Shown: positions 28,080-38,788, counted from the stretch's first letter. The stretch: DNA of 63,132 nt from Spirochaetales bacterium (GCA_050872545.1 JBNMHA010000002.1:1-63132); one strand, 5' to 3'. Program-made: numbers and translations. The notes: generated by a model from the letters alone, not told the origin.

Positions 28080-28394
28080 ATGACACCATTTGATTTACTA
28101 AAAAATTTTAATATTAATTCACTGCGAGAAAAGGCTGATGAGATAAGAAGTAAAATGGAAACTTGTGAAATGACCGGAGAAGCAGGCGGTGGATTTGTAA
28201 AAGTAAAAATAAATGGAAAGTTCAAAATTCTTGATATTGAATATGAAAATAATAAATACATAACGGAAGATTTGGAAACATTTAAAAACCTGATTATTTG
28301 CGCACAAAATGATGCATGTGAGAAAATGACTGAAAAAATGAAAAATGAGTTTGGAAGTTCATTTGGAGATATTTCTTCAATCTTAGGAAAGTAA
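28080..28394 (+). CDS. ybaB: YbaB/EbfC nucleoid-associated protein
   Basis: 104 aa. GGGFVKVKINGKFKILDIE motif and position between dnaX and recR. Confidence 0.9.
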   Translation: MTPFDLLKNFNINSLREKADEIRSKMETCEMTGEAGGGFVKVKINGKFKILDIEYENNKYITEDLETFKNLIICAQNDACEKMTEKMKNEFGSSFGDISSILGK

Positions 28395-28395
28395 A

Positions 28396-28992
28396 ATGTA
28401 CCAAATTGAAGATTTAGTCACTATTTTAAGCAGATTGCCCGGACTAGGGAAAAAGACGGCATCAAAACTGGCTTATTTTTTCATAAAGAACAAAGAATAT
28501 TCAGGAGATTTTATAAAAATTTTATCCTATATAAAGGAAAATTCTCGATTTTGCCCGGATTGCGGTTGTATTATTCTTAATGAAGATAAATGCTCTATTT
28601 GTTCATCCGAAAATAGAAAAAGAAAAATCTTGTGTATAGTAGAAGAACAAAAAGACATGATGGCAATAGAAGATACAGGAGTTTACTCCGGTCTTTATCA
28701 TATTCTTTCAGGTACAATAAATCCGTTGGAACATCGAACTCCGGAAAAACTGAGAATAAAAGAGCTTCTCTTACGTCTGCAAAAAGAAAATTTTGAAGAA
28801 ATACTTGTTGCAACCAATCCAACAATTGAAGGTGACGCAACATTCCTATATATTCAAAACCTTATTAAAACAACATTCAGCAATATTAAAATTTCACGAA
28901 TAGCTACAGGACTTCCGATGGGAGGTGTTTTAGAATATGCCGATAAATACACTCTCTCACGAGCAATAGAACAAAAGCAATATATTGATTAA
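28396..28992 (+). CDS. recR: Recombination protein RecR
   Basis: 198 aa. HhH LPGLGKKTA, Zn finger CPDCGC...CSIC, Toprim region. Confidence 0.93.
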   Translation: MYQIEDLVTILSRLPGLGKKTASKLAYFFIKNKEYSGDFIKILSYIKENSRFCPDCGCIILNEDKCSICSSENRKRKILCIVEEQKDMMAIEDTGVYSGLYHILSGTINPLEHRTPEKLRIKELLLRLQKENFEEILVATNPTIEGDATFLYIQNLIKTTFSNIKISRIATGLPMGGVLEYADKYTLSRAIEQKQYID

Positions 28993-30380
28993 ATATCTTT
29001 TTCTTCTACTAAAGGAAGCTGCATTACCAGTTTTGTTCCTTGCTCTACTTTAGTAAAAAATATGTGTCCGTGATGTTCTTCTACTATACCTTTGCAAATG
29101 GCAAGTCCAAGTCCAAAACCACCTGATTCTCTGTCTCTTGCTTTATCAACACGATAAAATTTTTCAAAAACAAGCTGAAAATATTCTTCAGACAAAGTTT
29201 TTCCGTTATTCTCAATAGAAATTTCACACATTTTTGTATCTTTTTTCTCTTCCATTCTGACAATAATGTGCGTAGCTTTAGCATTAATCGCATTTTGGAT
29301 TATATTAACAATAACTCGTTTTATTTTTTCAACATCAATTTCGCATAAAATATTTTCATTGCAAAAATATTCGATTTTTATATTTCTTGATTTTTCTAAA
29401 ACTTCCAATTCCTTTGCCAGCATTTCAAAGAAAAATCTCATATCAAATGTTTCAATAAATAACTTCTCTTTTTTCAATTCAAGTCTGGAAACTTCCAAGA
29501 TTTCACCAACCATATTATTCAATAAATCAATTTCAGAAAGTATAGACTTATAAAATGCTTTTTTTTCTGTCTCAGGTAAATCAATATCAAGCATTAACTC
29601 AGTATATCCGCGAATTCTTCCCAGCGGTGAACGCAGCTCATGACTTACTGTAGCCAGTAAATCATCCCGAATCTCTTTCATTTTTGCCAGTTCATCCGAC
29701 ATATAATTGAAAGATTTTATAACCTGACCTATTTCATCTTTTGGCTGAATCTTCACTTTTACACCGTATTTTCCAGTTGCAATTTGTGATGCAGCTTTTG
29801 CAAGGTCAAATAACGGTTTTATCGCACTATTTATATAGAAAACCAAGAAAGGTAGTATAAAAATTGCAGAAAGAATAGAACTTATTAAAAGGCTTTGAAA
29901 GATAATTTTTAAGAAATTAACTCTTATCGACAATTCTATAGATTTAAAAGGTAAATTAGCCTTGAAACTGATTTGTCTCTTTATCTCAAACAAGTAACTT
30001 TTAGTTTCGTTCTTATATATAAGCTTAGGGAAATCTTTATACATAAGATCTCCCTCTACACTGCTTACAGAAAATTCCATTCCCGGAAATGTTTTTTCAA
30101 CCTGATTTTTTAAAATATCAGTTCCATCTCCGTTATCATAATTCAGTAAATCATAAACATCATAATGCTCTTCCGAAACACCGTCATAATACTTTTCGAT
30201 TTGTGACTTCAATGCCGTTGTTTTAAAATCAATACCGCTCATTTGTGAATTAAGCAGTTTTTGAAAAGTAAAAAACGAAATCACGGCAGTCAAAATAACA
30301 TGTATTCCGAGTAAAACAAGAAAAAGACATATCATTCTTTTTCTTAAAGAGCTTTTTATGTGTTTATTTTTTAACTTCAA
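28989..30380 (-). CDS. Sensor histidine kinase (2 TM, HAMP, HisKA, HATPase)
   Basis: 463 aa. H-box SHELRSPL and G-boxes GGFGLGLAI. Confidence 0.9.
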   Translation of the reverse strand: MKLKNKHIKSSLRKRMICLFLVLLGIHVILTAVISFFTFQKLLNSQMSGIDFKTTALKSQIEKYYDGVSEEHYDVYDLLNYDNGDGTDILKNQVEKTFPGMEFSVSSVEGDLMYKDFPKLIYKNETKSYLFEIKRQISFKANLPFKSIELSIRVNFLKIIFQSLLISSILSAIFILPFLVFYINSAIKPLFDLAKAASQIATGKYGVKVKIQPKDEIGQVIKSFNYMSDELAKMKEIRDDLLATVSHELRSPLGRIRGYTELMLDIDLPETEKKAFYKSILSEIDLLNNMVGEILEVSRLELKKEKLFIETFDMRFFFEMLAKELEVLEKSRNIKIEYFCNENILCEIDVEKIKRVIVNIIQNAINAKATHIIVRMEEKKDTKMCEISIENNGKTLSEEYFQLVFEKFYRVDKARDRESGGFGLGLAICKGIVEEHHGHIFFTKVEQGTKLVMQLPLVEEKDI

Positions 30381-31062
30381 ATCTGTATCCTGCCCCCCAA
30401 ACAGTTCTTATGCTGCAATTTTCTGATTTCTGCTGTTTCAACTTATTTCTTAAATGACTAATATGCATATCTACAGAACGGTCAAAACTTTCATAATCCC
30501 TGTCTGAAATTACTTTTAGCAGTTCTTCTCTGGTAAATGTTTTCTCTGGATTTGATGCTAATAGATAGAGAATTTCAAACTCTGTTTTTGTTAATTCCAT
30601 CTCGTTATTATCAACAATCAGCATTCTTTTATCTGCATTTATAATAAGGTTACCAAAAATCAACTCTTTTTTCTGAGTATAATCGAACGGAGAACTTGCA
30701 GAACGTCTTAAAACGCTTCTAATTCTGGCACTAAGCTCTCTAATAGAAAAAGGTTTTGTAACATAGTCATCAGCACCCAATTCAAGACCGATTATTTTAT
30801 CAATTTCATCACCTTTTGCAGTAAGCATGATAATAGGAACATCTACTCTCTTTTGCAAATCTTTCAGTAAGTCTAAACCGTTTTTACCCGGAAGCATAAT
30901 ATCAAGCAAAATTATATCCGGTTTTTCAGCGTCAACTACTTGGTCTACATCTTTTCCGTCATTTATAATAACAACGTTAAACTCATACTGGGTAAAATAT
31001 TTCTGCACTATATCAGTCAGTTTTTTATCATCATCAACAATCAAAATCTTTTTTTTCACCAT
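30364..31062 (-). CDS. OmpR-family response regulator
   Basis: 232 aa. The receiver domain has DDD and a phospho-acceptor Asp. The winged-helix C-terminus reads VWGAGYRF. Confidence 0.92.
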   Translation of the reverse strand: MVKKKILIVDDDKKLTDIVQKYFTQYEFNVVIINDGKDVDQVVDAEKPDIILLDIMLPGKNGLDLLKDLQKRVDVPIIMLTAKGDEIDKIIGLELGADDYVTKPFSIRELSARIRSVLRRSASSPFDYTQKKELIFGNLIINADKRMLIVDNNEMELTKTEFEILYLLASNPEKTFTREELLKVISDRDYESFDRSVDMHISHLRNKLKQQKSENCSIRTVWGAGYRFEVKK

Positions 31063-31167
31063 AAAGAAAGCTCCTCATTCATTTATTAAAGAAATATACA
31101 AATAATTAACGAATTATACTACTTCAAAATTAAAAAGAAATGCACTATATCTTCTCATATTTACAAT

Positions 31168-32187
31168 TTAAAAAAATAATGAAATACCAAGCAAAGACAC
31201 ATCTAACTGCGGCAAATCATAATCGAATCTTTTGCCGTTCCAAGTTGAACCTTCATTTGAAAATTTCTGCACTGTATGAAAACTAACGTACATTGTATAG
31301 TAAATCATTTTATACAGCTTAATATCCAATCTCTGATAAAAAGCAAACTGCGGCAAAAAGTACGGAACAACATCTCTTAATTTACCGGAGTTTTCAACAA
31401 ACGCTGAAATATTATAAAAACTTGCACCAAAAGAATAATGCGCCGCTTTATAGAAAAATGAAAAACCGAGTGACATTCCATAGAATTGAGAAAATAACGC
31501 CAAACTGCCTGAACTGCAATCAAGATAAAAATCATTATAAGACAAATCATAAAATAGATTTATCTCCATATATCTCAAAGGATAAAATGACACGGAAAAA
31601 TTTATCGGGAAAATAGAAAAGTTATTCAAATCCTCATAATATAAATGAAATGATACACCGGTAACTGAAAGACTGGCATAAGGAAAATCATGATTTATTT
31701 TTTTCTCATTAAAATTCATTCTATTTTCATTTATTATCTGAACTGCTTCTTTATGTGATATATGCGAAACATCCTTTTCTATTTGCTCATATATTTTTTC
31801 TTTAATTATATTCAAATCATCAAGTGATGAACATGAAGTAAAATCAAACTCTGAAGATGAAATAATCTCCCCGCTTTTGTCGTAAATATCGAATCTCATT
31901 TTTTTAGCTTCAAAATAAACAATATAAAATGCATCGTTTTTATTTAGCAAAACACGTCTTTCTACAGGTATGCTTGCAGCAAAATTGTAATCGCAGAAAA
32001 AATTGCAGTCGGATATTCTATTTTCACTTTCAATGCAATTAAAAATATACATTATGGAATAAAAATCATCATCACTTAAAGCTTCATTCTTTTCATAAAA
32101 AATGGAAATATTTTTTTCTTCCGCAGAAAGTGAAAAAGTAAGAAACATAGCAAAAATATAAAACAGCTTCTTATAATTTAACACCAT
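31168..32187 (-). CDS. Hypothetical secreted/outer-membrane protein
   Basis: 339 aa. Signal peptide; the aromatic/Gly-rich C-terminal half ends in F (beta-barrel-like). Confidence 0.5.
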   Translation of the reverse strand: MVLNYKKLFYIFAMFLTFSLSAEEKNISIFYEKNEALSDDDFYSIMYIFNCIESENRISDCNFFCDYNFAASIPVERRVLLNKNDAFYIVYFEAKKMRFDIYDKSGEIISSSEFDFTSCSSLDDLNIIKEKIYEQIEKDVSHISHKEAVQIINENRMNFNEKKINHDFPYASLSVTGVSFHLYYEDLNNFSIFPINFSVSFYPLRYMEINLFYDLSYNDFYLDCSSGSLALFSQFYGMSLGFSFFYKAAHYSFGASFYNISAFVENSGKLRDVVPYFLPQFAFYQRLDIKLYKMIYYTMYVSFHTVQKFSNEGSTWNGKRFDYDLPQLDVSLLGISLFF

Positions 32188-33196
32188 AACCTATTAAAAC
32201 CCCTAATGTTAATTGATTATCCCATTGGTAATTCGTCAAGTTTAAAGACATTATAGGAAATACTCCAGATATACGCAGCAAATGTCTTTTTGATAAATGA
32301 ATTTTCATTCCGACATCAAACGGAACTGAAAGACATACAGAACCTGTATTGTTGTATAATATTTCCAATCTTGCACCTATATTAGGTTCAAACCAACCTT
32401 TCAGATAAAAATGAACTCCGGCAAAACCTCCTCCGTAAAATGAATTCCACTGCCATTCTGTAAAATCAAACCAATTTTCACGCTTCCCGAACCCTATACA
32501 TCCACCGACATCCATATATATAAAATCACTGGCATAAAAACTGTATCCTGTATAAAGTGATGTAAAAGTTAATGTCTGGGAATTTACTTTTAAAAAACCG
32601 TTAGCTACAAAAAGCTCATGTTTAAATGTTTCTTTATCCAATAAATTTTCAATTCGAACTTTTTCAGATTCCACATCTGCATTTTCATTATCAACTTTCT
32701 TTGGCTCTTTTTTTTCTGATTTACTTTTTGCTGCTTCTCTTACTTCAAACTTCAGCTGCAATATATCATCAATAATTTGTTCTGCTACTGCGGCAATTGA
32801 CTCATTAATTTTTATATTAAATTCAATCGGATAATTTTTACTGTAAAGCAATTGGTTCTTGTCTATATCAAAAAGGTATGATTGCAGTATTATATTTTCA
32901 TACAACTTATAAGTTTTAAAAAGAAAAACATACTGAATATCTTCATCGCCGGCTGATGAAAATGCATTTTGCTGCAGCTCATCAAATGTTGCACCTTTGC
33001 AAGTAATGTTTTTAAAATAAAATCTGCCTTCATTATCTGCACTGAAAATTTCAAAAACTAAATTGCTTTTTATTAACAATGTTTCAGTGGAGTTTTGATA
33101 CAAAAACGGATTTACTATACCTATAGAAACAGATTGTGCATACATAAAAGAAGAAAACAAAAGAAAATAAAAAAATAAAAAAAGCTTCTTCCTCAT
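32171..33196 (-). CDS. Hypothetical secreted/outer-membrane protein
   Basis: 341 aa. Signal peptide ...FMYAQS, a Lys/Glu linker, and a beta-barrel-like C-terminal half. Confidence 0.5.
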   Translation of the reverse strand: MRKKLFLFFYFLLFSSFMYAQSVSIGIVNPFLYQNSTETLLIKSNLVFEIFSADNEGRFYFKNITCKGATFDELQQNAFSSAGDEDIQYVFLFKTYKLYENIILQSYLFDIDKNQLLYSKNYPIEFNIKINESIAAVAEQIIDDILQLKFEVREAAKSKSEKKEPKKVDNENADVESEKVRIENLLDKETFKHELFVANGFLKVNSQTLTFTSLYTGYSFYASDFIYMDVGGCIGFGKRENWFDFTEWQWNSFYGGGFAGVHFYLKGWFEPNIGARLEILYNNTGSVCLSVPFDVGMKIHLSKRHLLRISGVFPIMSLNLTNYQWDNQLTLGVLIGYGVKL

Positions 33197-33205
33197 AATA
33201 TTTTC

Positions 33206-34531
33206 CTATTGAAAATAATCCTTTAAAAAAACAATACCTTCCAAACTATATTTTTCGTCTTGATAATAAATTTTATTAAAACCAAAACGCACTGCTTCTT
33301 TAATTCTTTTGTCTATTTGATTAACTTTTTTTATACCGCCTGTAAGAGAAAGTTCTCCTATAAATACATTATCATTTTTTATAGCTTTTTGCTTTTTAGA
33401 CGAAATTAAAGCCGCTGCTATTGCTAAATCTATTCCTATATCTGAAGTTTTTATACCTCCTGAAATATTAGTATAAACATCATAATTATTAAAATTTTCA
33501 TTTAAATGCTTATCGATTATAGCTAATATTCTGTTTATTCTTGATACTTCTATTCCTTCCGAAAATCTTTTCGGCATAGGAAAAGCTGACGGTACTACCA
33601 AAGCTTCAATATCAACAATCAACGGTCTTTTGCCTTCCATTATTACACATTTGCATTTTCCTACCGAAAATTCGCTTCTATTTTCACTTTCAATAAAGAA
33701 AGATGACGGATTATCGATAATTTCCAGCCCTTTTTCCTTCATTTCAAAAACAAGTATTTCATCAACATTTCCAAACCTGTTTTTCCTTGAACGCAATATT
33801 CTGAACTGGTTCTTATAGTCGCTTTCAAAATACGTAACAACATCGACCATGTGTTCCATAATTTTCGGTCCGGCAATTTCTCCCGACTTCGTTACATGAC
33901 AAACAATGATTACAACCGCATTTGAAACTTTTGCATAATCAATTAATGTTTGAGTGCACTTTTTAATTTGAGAGATTGTTCCCTGCCCCGAATCAACTTC
34001 TGATGAAAAACAAGTTTGAATAGAATCAACAAAAACAAACATCGGTTTTTCTTTCATACAGATTTCATTAATTTTTTCAACCTGCGAAATATTAGACACA
34101 AATAAAGAAGAATCCGATGCACCTACACGGTCAAACCGTTTCTTTATTTGCGATACAGATTCTTCACCTGAAAAATAATAAATTTTTTTAGATCTTTTAA
34201 TATATTTTGCCAGTAAAAACAGAAAAGTCGATTTACCGACTCCCGGTTCACCTGACAGTAAAATAACAGAACCCGGAACTATTCCAGAGCCAAAAAAAAT
34301 ATTCATATTTTCATTTTCAAGAATAAAAATATCTTCCTCAAGCTGCTGAACTTCCTGAATTTTTATAGGCAGTTGAATATCTTTTTTATCTGAATCGGAA
34401 GTTTGGACATTGTCGTTTATTATTTCCTCAGTAAACGCATTCCAACTGTTACACTCCGGACATTTTCCCATCCAAGCACTTGAAACATAGCCGCATTCAC
34501 TGCAAACAAATCTTTTCTTTACTTTCGTCAT
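33206..34531 (-). CDS. radA: DNA repair protein RadA/Sms
   Basis: 441 aa. Zn finger CSECGY...CPECNSWN, Walker A GEPGVGKST, KNRFG motif, Lon-like C-terminus. Confidence 0.93.
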   Translation of the reverse strand: MTKVKKRFVCSECGYVSSAWMGKCPECNSWNAFTEEIINDNVQTSDSDKKDIQLPIKIQEVQQLEEDIFILENENMNIFFGSGIVPGSVILLSGEPGVGKSTFLFLLAKYIKRSKKIYYFSGEESVSQIKKRFDRVGASDSSLFVSNISQVEKINEICMKEKPMFVFVDSIQTCFSSEVDSGQGTISQIKKCTQTLIDYAKVSNAVVIIVCHVTKSGEIAGPKIMEHMVDVVTYFESDYKNQFRILRSRKNRFGNVDEILVFEMKEKGLEIIDNPSSFFIESENRSEFSVGKCKCVIMEGKRPLIVDIEALVVPSAFPMPKRFSEGIEVSRINRILAIIDKHLNENFNNYDVYTNISGGIKTSDIGIDLAIAAALISSKKQKAIKNDNVFIGELSLTGGIKKVNQIDKRIKEAVRFGFNKIYYQDEKYSLEGIVFLKDYFQ

Positions 34532-35238
34532 TTTTTAATTTTAAAAATTTTCTCATCTACGGTATCAAGCAATATCTTTTTCAAATTAATATCACTTTCA
34601 TCTTCTGTAAGCCCTAGCATCTTATCTACTCTAATATAATTTCCGTCACAATTTTTTCCTGTTTCAGAAATTACCGGAATATTCAAATCAGAATGAACTG
34701 CTTTTACAAACGCTTCCGGGTAATCTTCAAGTATAAGCAATTCTCCGCCAGCTGATTGAAATTCCAAAGCTTTTTCTTTTATAAAATCGACAGATGAATT
34801 ACCTTGAACAGAATAAGCTACAAACTTTAGCCCTAGAAGATTTCCTTTTTTAACAGCGTCAAAATCAAAATAATTTAAATCCAACGATAAATAATCCGCA
34901 TTTGTCATTTCAGCAAATGCAAACATTTTTTCAAGACTCATTTCGTTTTTTGCAAGTAAACAAGCAGCTGGTACATCAACAGCCAAAGGAATGCTGCCTC
35001 TATAACTGCAAGTTACTGTTTTAATGTCATCTTCTTTAAATAAAGAAATCTTATCTATTCCGCATAAGTTTGCAATTTCGCGCAAATCCAATCTGAAAAA
35101 TGAAATATCACGCTTTGCTATAAAAGAACTAAATAAAAAATTAAAATACGAAAATGCTACTATTCTATTACCTTTTTCAAACAAGTTATCTCTCCTAATA
35201 AAAAAAGTAGCATATAAAAATGCTACTTTAAGTTTCAA
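34528..35238 (-). CDS. Divergent PanB-like (ketopantoate hydroxymethyltransferase fold) protein
   Basis: The C-terminal ELLILEDYPEAFVKAVHSDLNIPVISETGKNCDGNYIRVDKMLGL resembles PanB. The N-terminal catalytic motifs are not recognisable. Confidence 0.4.
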   Translation of the reverse strand: MKLKVAFLYATFFIRRDNLFEKGNRIVAFSYFNFLFSSFIAKRDISFFRLDLREIANLCGIDKISLFKEDDIKTVTCSYRGSIPLAVDVPAACLLAKNEMSLEKMFAFAEMTNADYLSLDLNYFDFDAVKKGNLLGLKFVAYSVQGNSSVDFIKEKALEFQSAGGELLILEDYPEAFVKAVHSDLNIPVISETGKNCDGNYIRVDKMLGLTEDESDINLKKILLDTVDEKIFKIKK

Positions 35239-35241
35239 AGT

Positions 35242-35880
35242 TTATTTCTCAGTAATTTCTTCTTGGTAAAGAACTTTAACACGTTTTATAGTTCCTTCAC
35301 CTTCAGAAATTGTATCTATTTGTTCCACATTTTTTAATGTCATGTGAATTATTCTTCTTTCAAAAGGATTCATCGGTTCGAGCAATAAAGATTTTTTATC
35401 TCTTTTTACTTGCTTTGCTGCATCTTGCGCAATTTTTTTCAAATTACGCTCCCTGCGCTCTCTATAACCACAAGTATCAATAATTATTTTAGTCCACACA
35501 GAATAATCTTTATTCATAATCACATTAACTATAGTTTGAATAGCTTCAAGTGTTTTACCTTGTTTTCCTATTAAAATTGCAGAATCATCTTTAGCATCAA
35601 TATCAATCAAAACTTTCTCATCATCTTCTTCCATAAGATAAATCTTAGCTTCAATATCCATTCTTTCCAATAATTCTTTAACAAGCATTAAACTTCGGTT
35701 AGCAAATGACAAATCATCATCATAAGAAATTTTTACTATTACTTCTTTCTTACCTAATCCTAAAAAGCCACCCTTATTTTCAACTTTGATTGTTACCTGA
35801 TCTCTTTTTAATTTTAACAAATCAAGAGCTGCAGAAATTATTTCATCTTCAGATTTTCCGGTAAAATCTCTTTCTATCAT
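35242..35880 (-). CDS. jag: Jag/KhpB RNA-binding protein (KH + R3H)
   Basis: 212 aa. R3H motif EPMNPFERRIIH and position downstream of yidC. Confidence 0.88.
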   Translation of the reverse strand: MIERDFTGKSEDEIISAALDLLKLKRDQVTIKVENKGGFLGLGKKEVIVKISYDDDLSFANRSLMLVKELLERMDIEAKIYLMEEDDEKVLIDIDAKDDSAILIGKQGKTLEAIQTIVNVIMNKDYSVWTKIIIDTCGYRERRERNLKKIAQDAAKQVKRDKKSLLLEPMNPFERRIIHMTLKNVEQIDTISEGEGTIKRVKVLYQEEITEK

Positions 35881-35919
35881 ATAAGAAACTCCTTTAATTT
35901 AGAGAATTTTTTTCTTATT

Positions 35920-37659
35920 TCATTTTTTCTTCTTCTTCACGTTATTTAATAATTTTTCATTACTTGGCTCGGCTACCAATGTTTTATTCATAATCAACTG
36001 CTGAATAATTCCGAGCAAATTCATTACAGTCCAATATAAAACTAAACCGGACGACACATTATAGAAGAAAAAGAAAAACATCAAAGGCATAAGCCAAATC
36101 ATCATTTTAGCTTGCGGATTACTTTCCATTCCGGGAGTCATCAAACTCTGGAAAATTTGCGAAATTACCATTACTATCGGTAATATATTTAGAGAATTGA
36201 TATTAAGCAAAGGTATTGTAAAGCTAAAAGTGATCAATGCATCCGGCATTGCCAAATCTTTTATCCATAAGAAACTTGCGCCTTTAAGTTCAAACATTCT
36301 ATCCAAAAGTTGATACATTGCAAACAAAAACGGCATTTGAAGCAACATAGGCAAACATCCTGACATAGGATTAAAACCTGCTTTCTTATATAATTCCATT
36401 GTTTTCTGATTCAGCATTTCCGGTTTATCTTTATATTTAGCCTGCAATTCAGATATTTTCGGCTGCAAGCTTCTCATTTTTTGAGAACTTTTCATGCTGT
36501 TTATCATTAACGGTGATAAAAGTGCTTTCAAAATTATTGTTAAAATTATGATTGCCAGCCCATAATTTTTCACTAAAGAATATAAAACTTTAAGACACCA
36601 GCCCAAAACATTACCAAGCCCCCATACTATTGGCGGAGAAATCTTTGATAATTCGGTTTTTGATAAATAAACATTATCATTTTTAAAATCATCATATTTC
36701 TTTAAAATCTTGCCTGATTTAGGTCCACAGTAAACGGAAAAACCTGTATCAATAACAGATCTGTTTGATACAAGTGAATAACCGCAATAATATAAATTGT
36801 CTAAAGACTTACTGTAATCGAAAAAGCAATCATACTCATTCCCGTCAGGAATAATAACAGAAGTAAAATAATGACCGTCAGAAGCAATCCAAGAATCTTT
36901 CAGCGATTTTCTGAAAGATGCCAAGCCGTTAGTTCCTTTGAAAAGTTTATTTTTTGAATTAACATTTATTATTTTTCCGTTTGAAAGGTATTTAAACTGG
37001 TCATAACGTTCATTTATTTTTCCATTAACACCTAAACTAGGTCCCCAGCCTAATGAAAAAACATTAGAAGTTGAATCAAATCTCATCGCTTCATTTTTAT
37101 TATTTGACAGCTTAATATCTAAATGGAAAATATTTTCATCATCAAAAAATGTGTATATTTTTTCCAATTTATAAACAATTTCATCTTCATTTGTGCCTGA
37201 ACTAAACTCACAATAAAAAGTATATTTATTTCCTTCGCTTTTAAAATCATAGATAAAATCTTCATCAAACAATGCATTTATATCTACACCGTCTTTCCAG
37301 GAACCTAATTTAAGCTTCAATGCATTGTAGTCGCCACTTCCGCTTACTATATCAAATGACTTATCTTCAGAGGTTTTCACTAAAACACTTGAAATTTCAC
37401 CTTTTGCAGAATCTAAAATAACTTTTAATTTGCTGTTTTCATAAACAATATCAGTATTACTAGATTCAGATTTAGTTCTTAGAACGAAATTATTCTTATT
37501 TTCTGCAATTTTTATAATCCGCTCATTATTTACAACAGATTCAGTTGCAATCGGTGTTTCAATATCTTTTTTAGGATTAAAAAACTGATATAAGGTAATT
37601 CCAAAACAAACCATGGTTAAAATAACCATTACAAAAAACGTCTTATTTGCACTATCCAT
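35920..37659 (-). CDS. yidC: Membrane protein insertase YidC
   Basis: 579 aa. Large periplasmic domain, then the conserved 5-TM core (GCLPMLLQMPFLFAMY). Confidence 0.93.
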   Translation of the reverse strand: MDSANKTFFVMVILTMVCFGITLYQFFNPKKDIETPIATESVVNNERIIKIAENKNNFVLRTKSESSNTDIVYENSKLKVILDSAKGEISSVLVKTSEDKSFDIVSGSGDYNALKLKLGSWKDGVDINALFDEDFIYDFKSEGNKYTFYCEFSSGTNEDEIVYKLEKIYTFFDDENIFHLDIKLSNNKNEAMRFDSTSNVFSLGWGPSLGVNGKINERYDQFKYLSNGKIINVNSKNKLFKGTNGLASFRKSLKDSWIASDGHYFTSVIIPDGNEYDCFFDYSKSLDNLYYCGYSLVSNRSVIDTGFSVYCGPKSGKILKKYDDFKNDNVYLSKTELSKISPPIVWGLGNVLGWCLKVLYSLVKNYGLAIIILTIILKALLSPLMINSMKSSQKMRSLQPKISELQAKYKDKPEMLNQKTMELYKKAGFNPMSGCLPMLLQMPFLFAMYQLLDRMFELKGASFLWIKDLAMPDALITFSFTIPLLNINSLNILPIVMVISQIFQSLMTPGMESNPQAKMMIWLMPLMFFFFFYNVSSGLVLYWTVMNLLGIIQQLIMNKTLVAEPSNEKLLNNVKKKKK

Positions 37660-37670
37660 ATACTTCCTCT

Positions 37671-37859
37671 CTATGGCAAAGGGTCATATCCACCTTTAGA
37701 AAATGGATTACAGCGTAATATACGCCAAATTGTTAAAAATAAAGCTTTTAAAAAGTTATATTTTTTAAAAGCCTGTTTTGCATATTCAGAACAAGACGGG
37801 TAAAATCGACATGAAGAAGGGAAAAGTGGGGATATATAACGTTGATAAAGGAATATCAT
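37671..37859 (-). CDS. yidD: Membrane protein insertion efficiency factor YidD
   Basis: 62 aa. YQRYISP...[10 protein letters not shown] motif. Confidence 0.9.
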   Translation of the reverse strand: MIFLYQRYISPLFPSSCRFYPSCSEYAKQAFKKYNFLKALFLTIWRILRCNPFSKGGYDPLP

Positions 37860-37879
37860 AAAAAGAATTACTTTTTTTA

Positions 37880-38227
37880 TTATCTCCCCCTCTGTAAGCT
37901 TTTAATAAAATCTTCAAAATCCAAAGCTTTTTTATCATCAGGAGAAGAACTCTTTTTTATAATACAAACAAAATCATAAGAAAGAGACTTATAATTTTTT
38001 TCTAATCGTCTGAAAAGTTCTCGGACAAGTCTCTTTTCATGATTTCGTACAACAGCACATCCTATATTTTTTTTTGCAACAATTCCAATTCGCAAAAAAC
38101 CAAAAGAATTTTGTTTATAAATAAAATTATAATTTGAAGTTCTTCTAAAAAGAGAAAACTTATTTTGAAAAATTGAATCAAAATCTTTCTTCTTTTTTAA
38201 CTTTTCACAACGTCTGAATTTTTCCAA
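37880..38227 (-). CDS. rnpA: RNase P protein component
   Basis: 115 aa with a TTG start. Basic RNR-like region [11 protein letters not shown] and position after rpmH. Confidence 0.85.
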   Translation of the reverse strand: MEKFRRCEKLKKKKDFDSIFQNKFSLFRRTSNYNFIYKQNSFGFLRIGIVAKKNIGCAVVRNHEKRLVRELFRRLEKNYKSLSYDFVCIIKKSSSPDDKKALDFEDFIKSLQRGR

Positions 38228-38236
38228 AATATAAAA

Positions 38237-38374
38237 TTAAACTCTTGTCAGCTGTTTTCTTCCTTTTGCTCTTCTTCTTTTCAACACCAAACGACCTTTT
38301 TTTGTAGCCATTCTTGCTCTGAAACCATGAGTTCTTACTCTTTTAATTTTAGATGGTTGGTAAGTCATTTTCAT
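38237..38374 (-). CDS. rpmH: 50S ribosomal protein L34
   Basis: Not in the ORF track (45 aa). Translation is [45 protein letters not shown], preceded by a GGGAG RBS. Confidence 0.93.
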   Translation of the reverse strand: MKMTYQPSKIKRVRTHGFRARMATKKGRLVLKRRRAKGRKQLTRV

Positions 38375-38443
38375 ATATAAAAAATCTCCCGCATTATTTA
38401 TTCAAAATTTCAAGCGGAACATACCATTTTCTACAAAAAAATG

Positions 38444-38788
38444 TCAAGGCTTACTTCTATTTTCTTTTTTCCTCACAGAAAAATAAATATCATCTATTTT
38501 CAAATCGGGCACTTTCTCTTTTATTTTTTTCAACATTTCTGTCTTATAAAAATTCATACTTTGGATTAAAGCAGCATGTTTGCAGTAAACACACAACGTA
38601 TTTTTATATATATATTCGGGACATGTTAAACTGCTTAATTTTTCACCAACAATTTCACTCCAATAGCCTTTCAAATTTTCTATTTTAAACATCCAATAAA
38701 CAGAATTGTTAGTTAAACTAAGTAATTTTGATATTTCATCTTTAACAGATGCAATATTATAAAAATTTTTATTGAAGTATCGTCCCAT
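38444..38788 (-). CDS. DUF721 (DciA-like) protein
   Basis: 114 aa. W..IVGEKLSS...LCVYCKHAALIQSMNF pattern and the conserved position after recF. Confidence 0.6.
   Translation of the reverse strand: MGRYFNKNFYNIASVKDEISKLLSLTNNSVYWMFKIENLKGYWSEIVGEKLSSLTCPEYIYKNTLCVYCKHAALIQSMNFYKTEMLKKIKEKVPDLKIDDIYFSVRKKENRSKP

Noticed and set aside
38353-38688. 111-aa ORF (+) opposite the DUF721 gene and rpmH leader
   Set aside because: It is a shadow ORF. The minus strand carries rpmH (with RBS) and the recF-coupled DUF721 gene.
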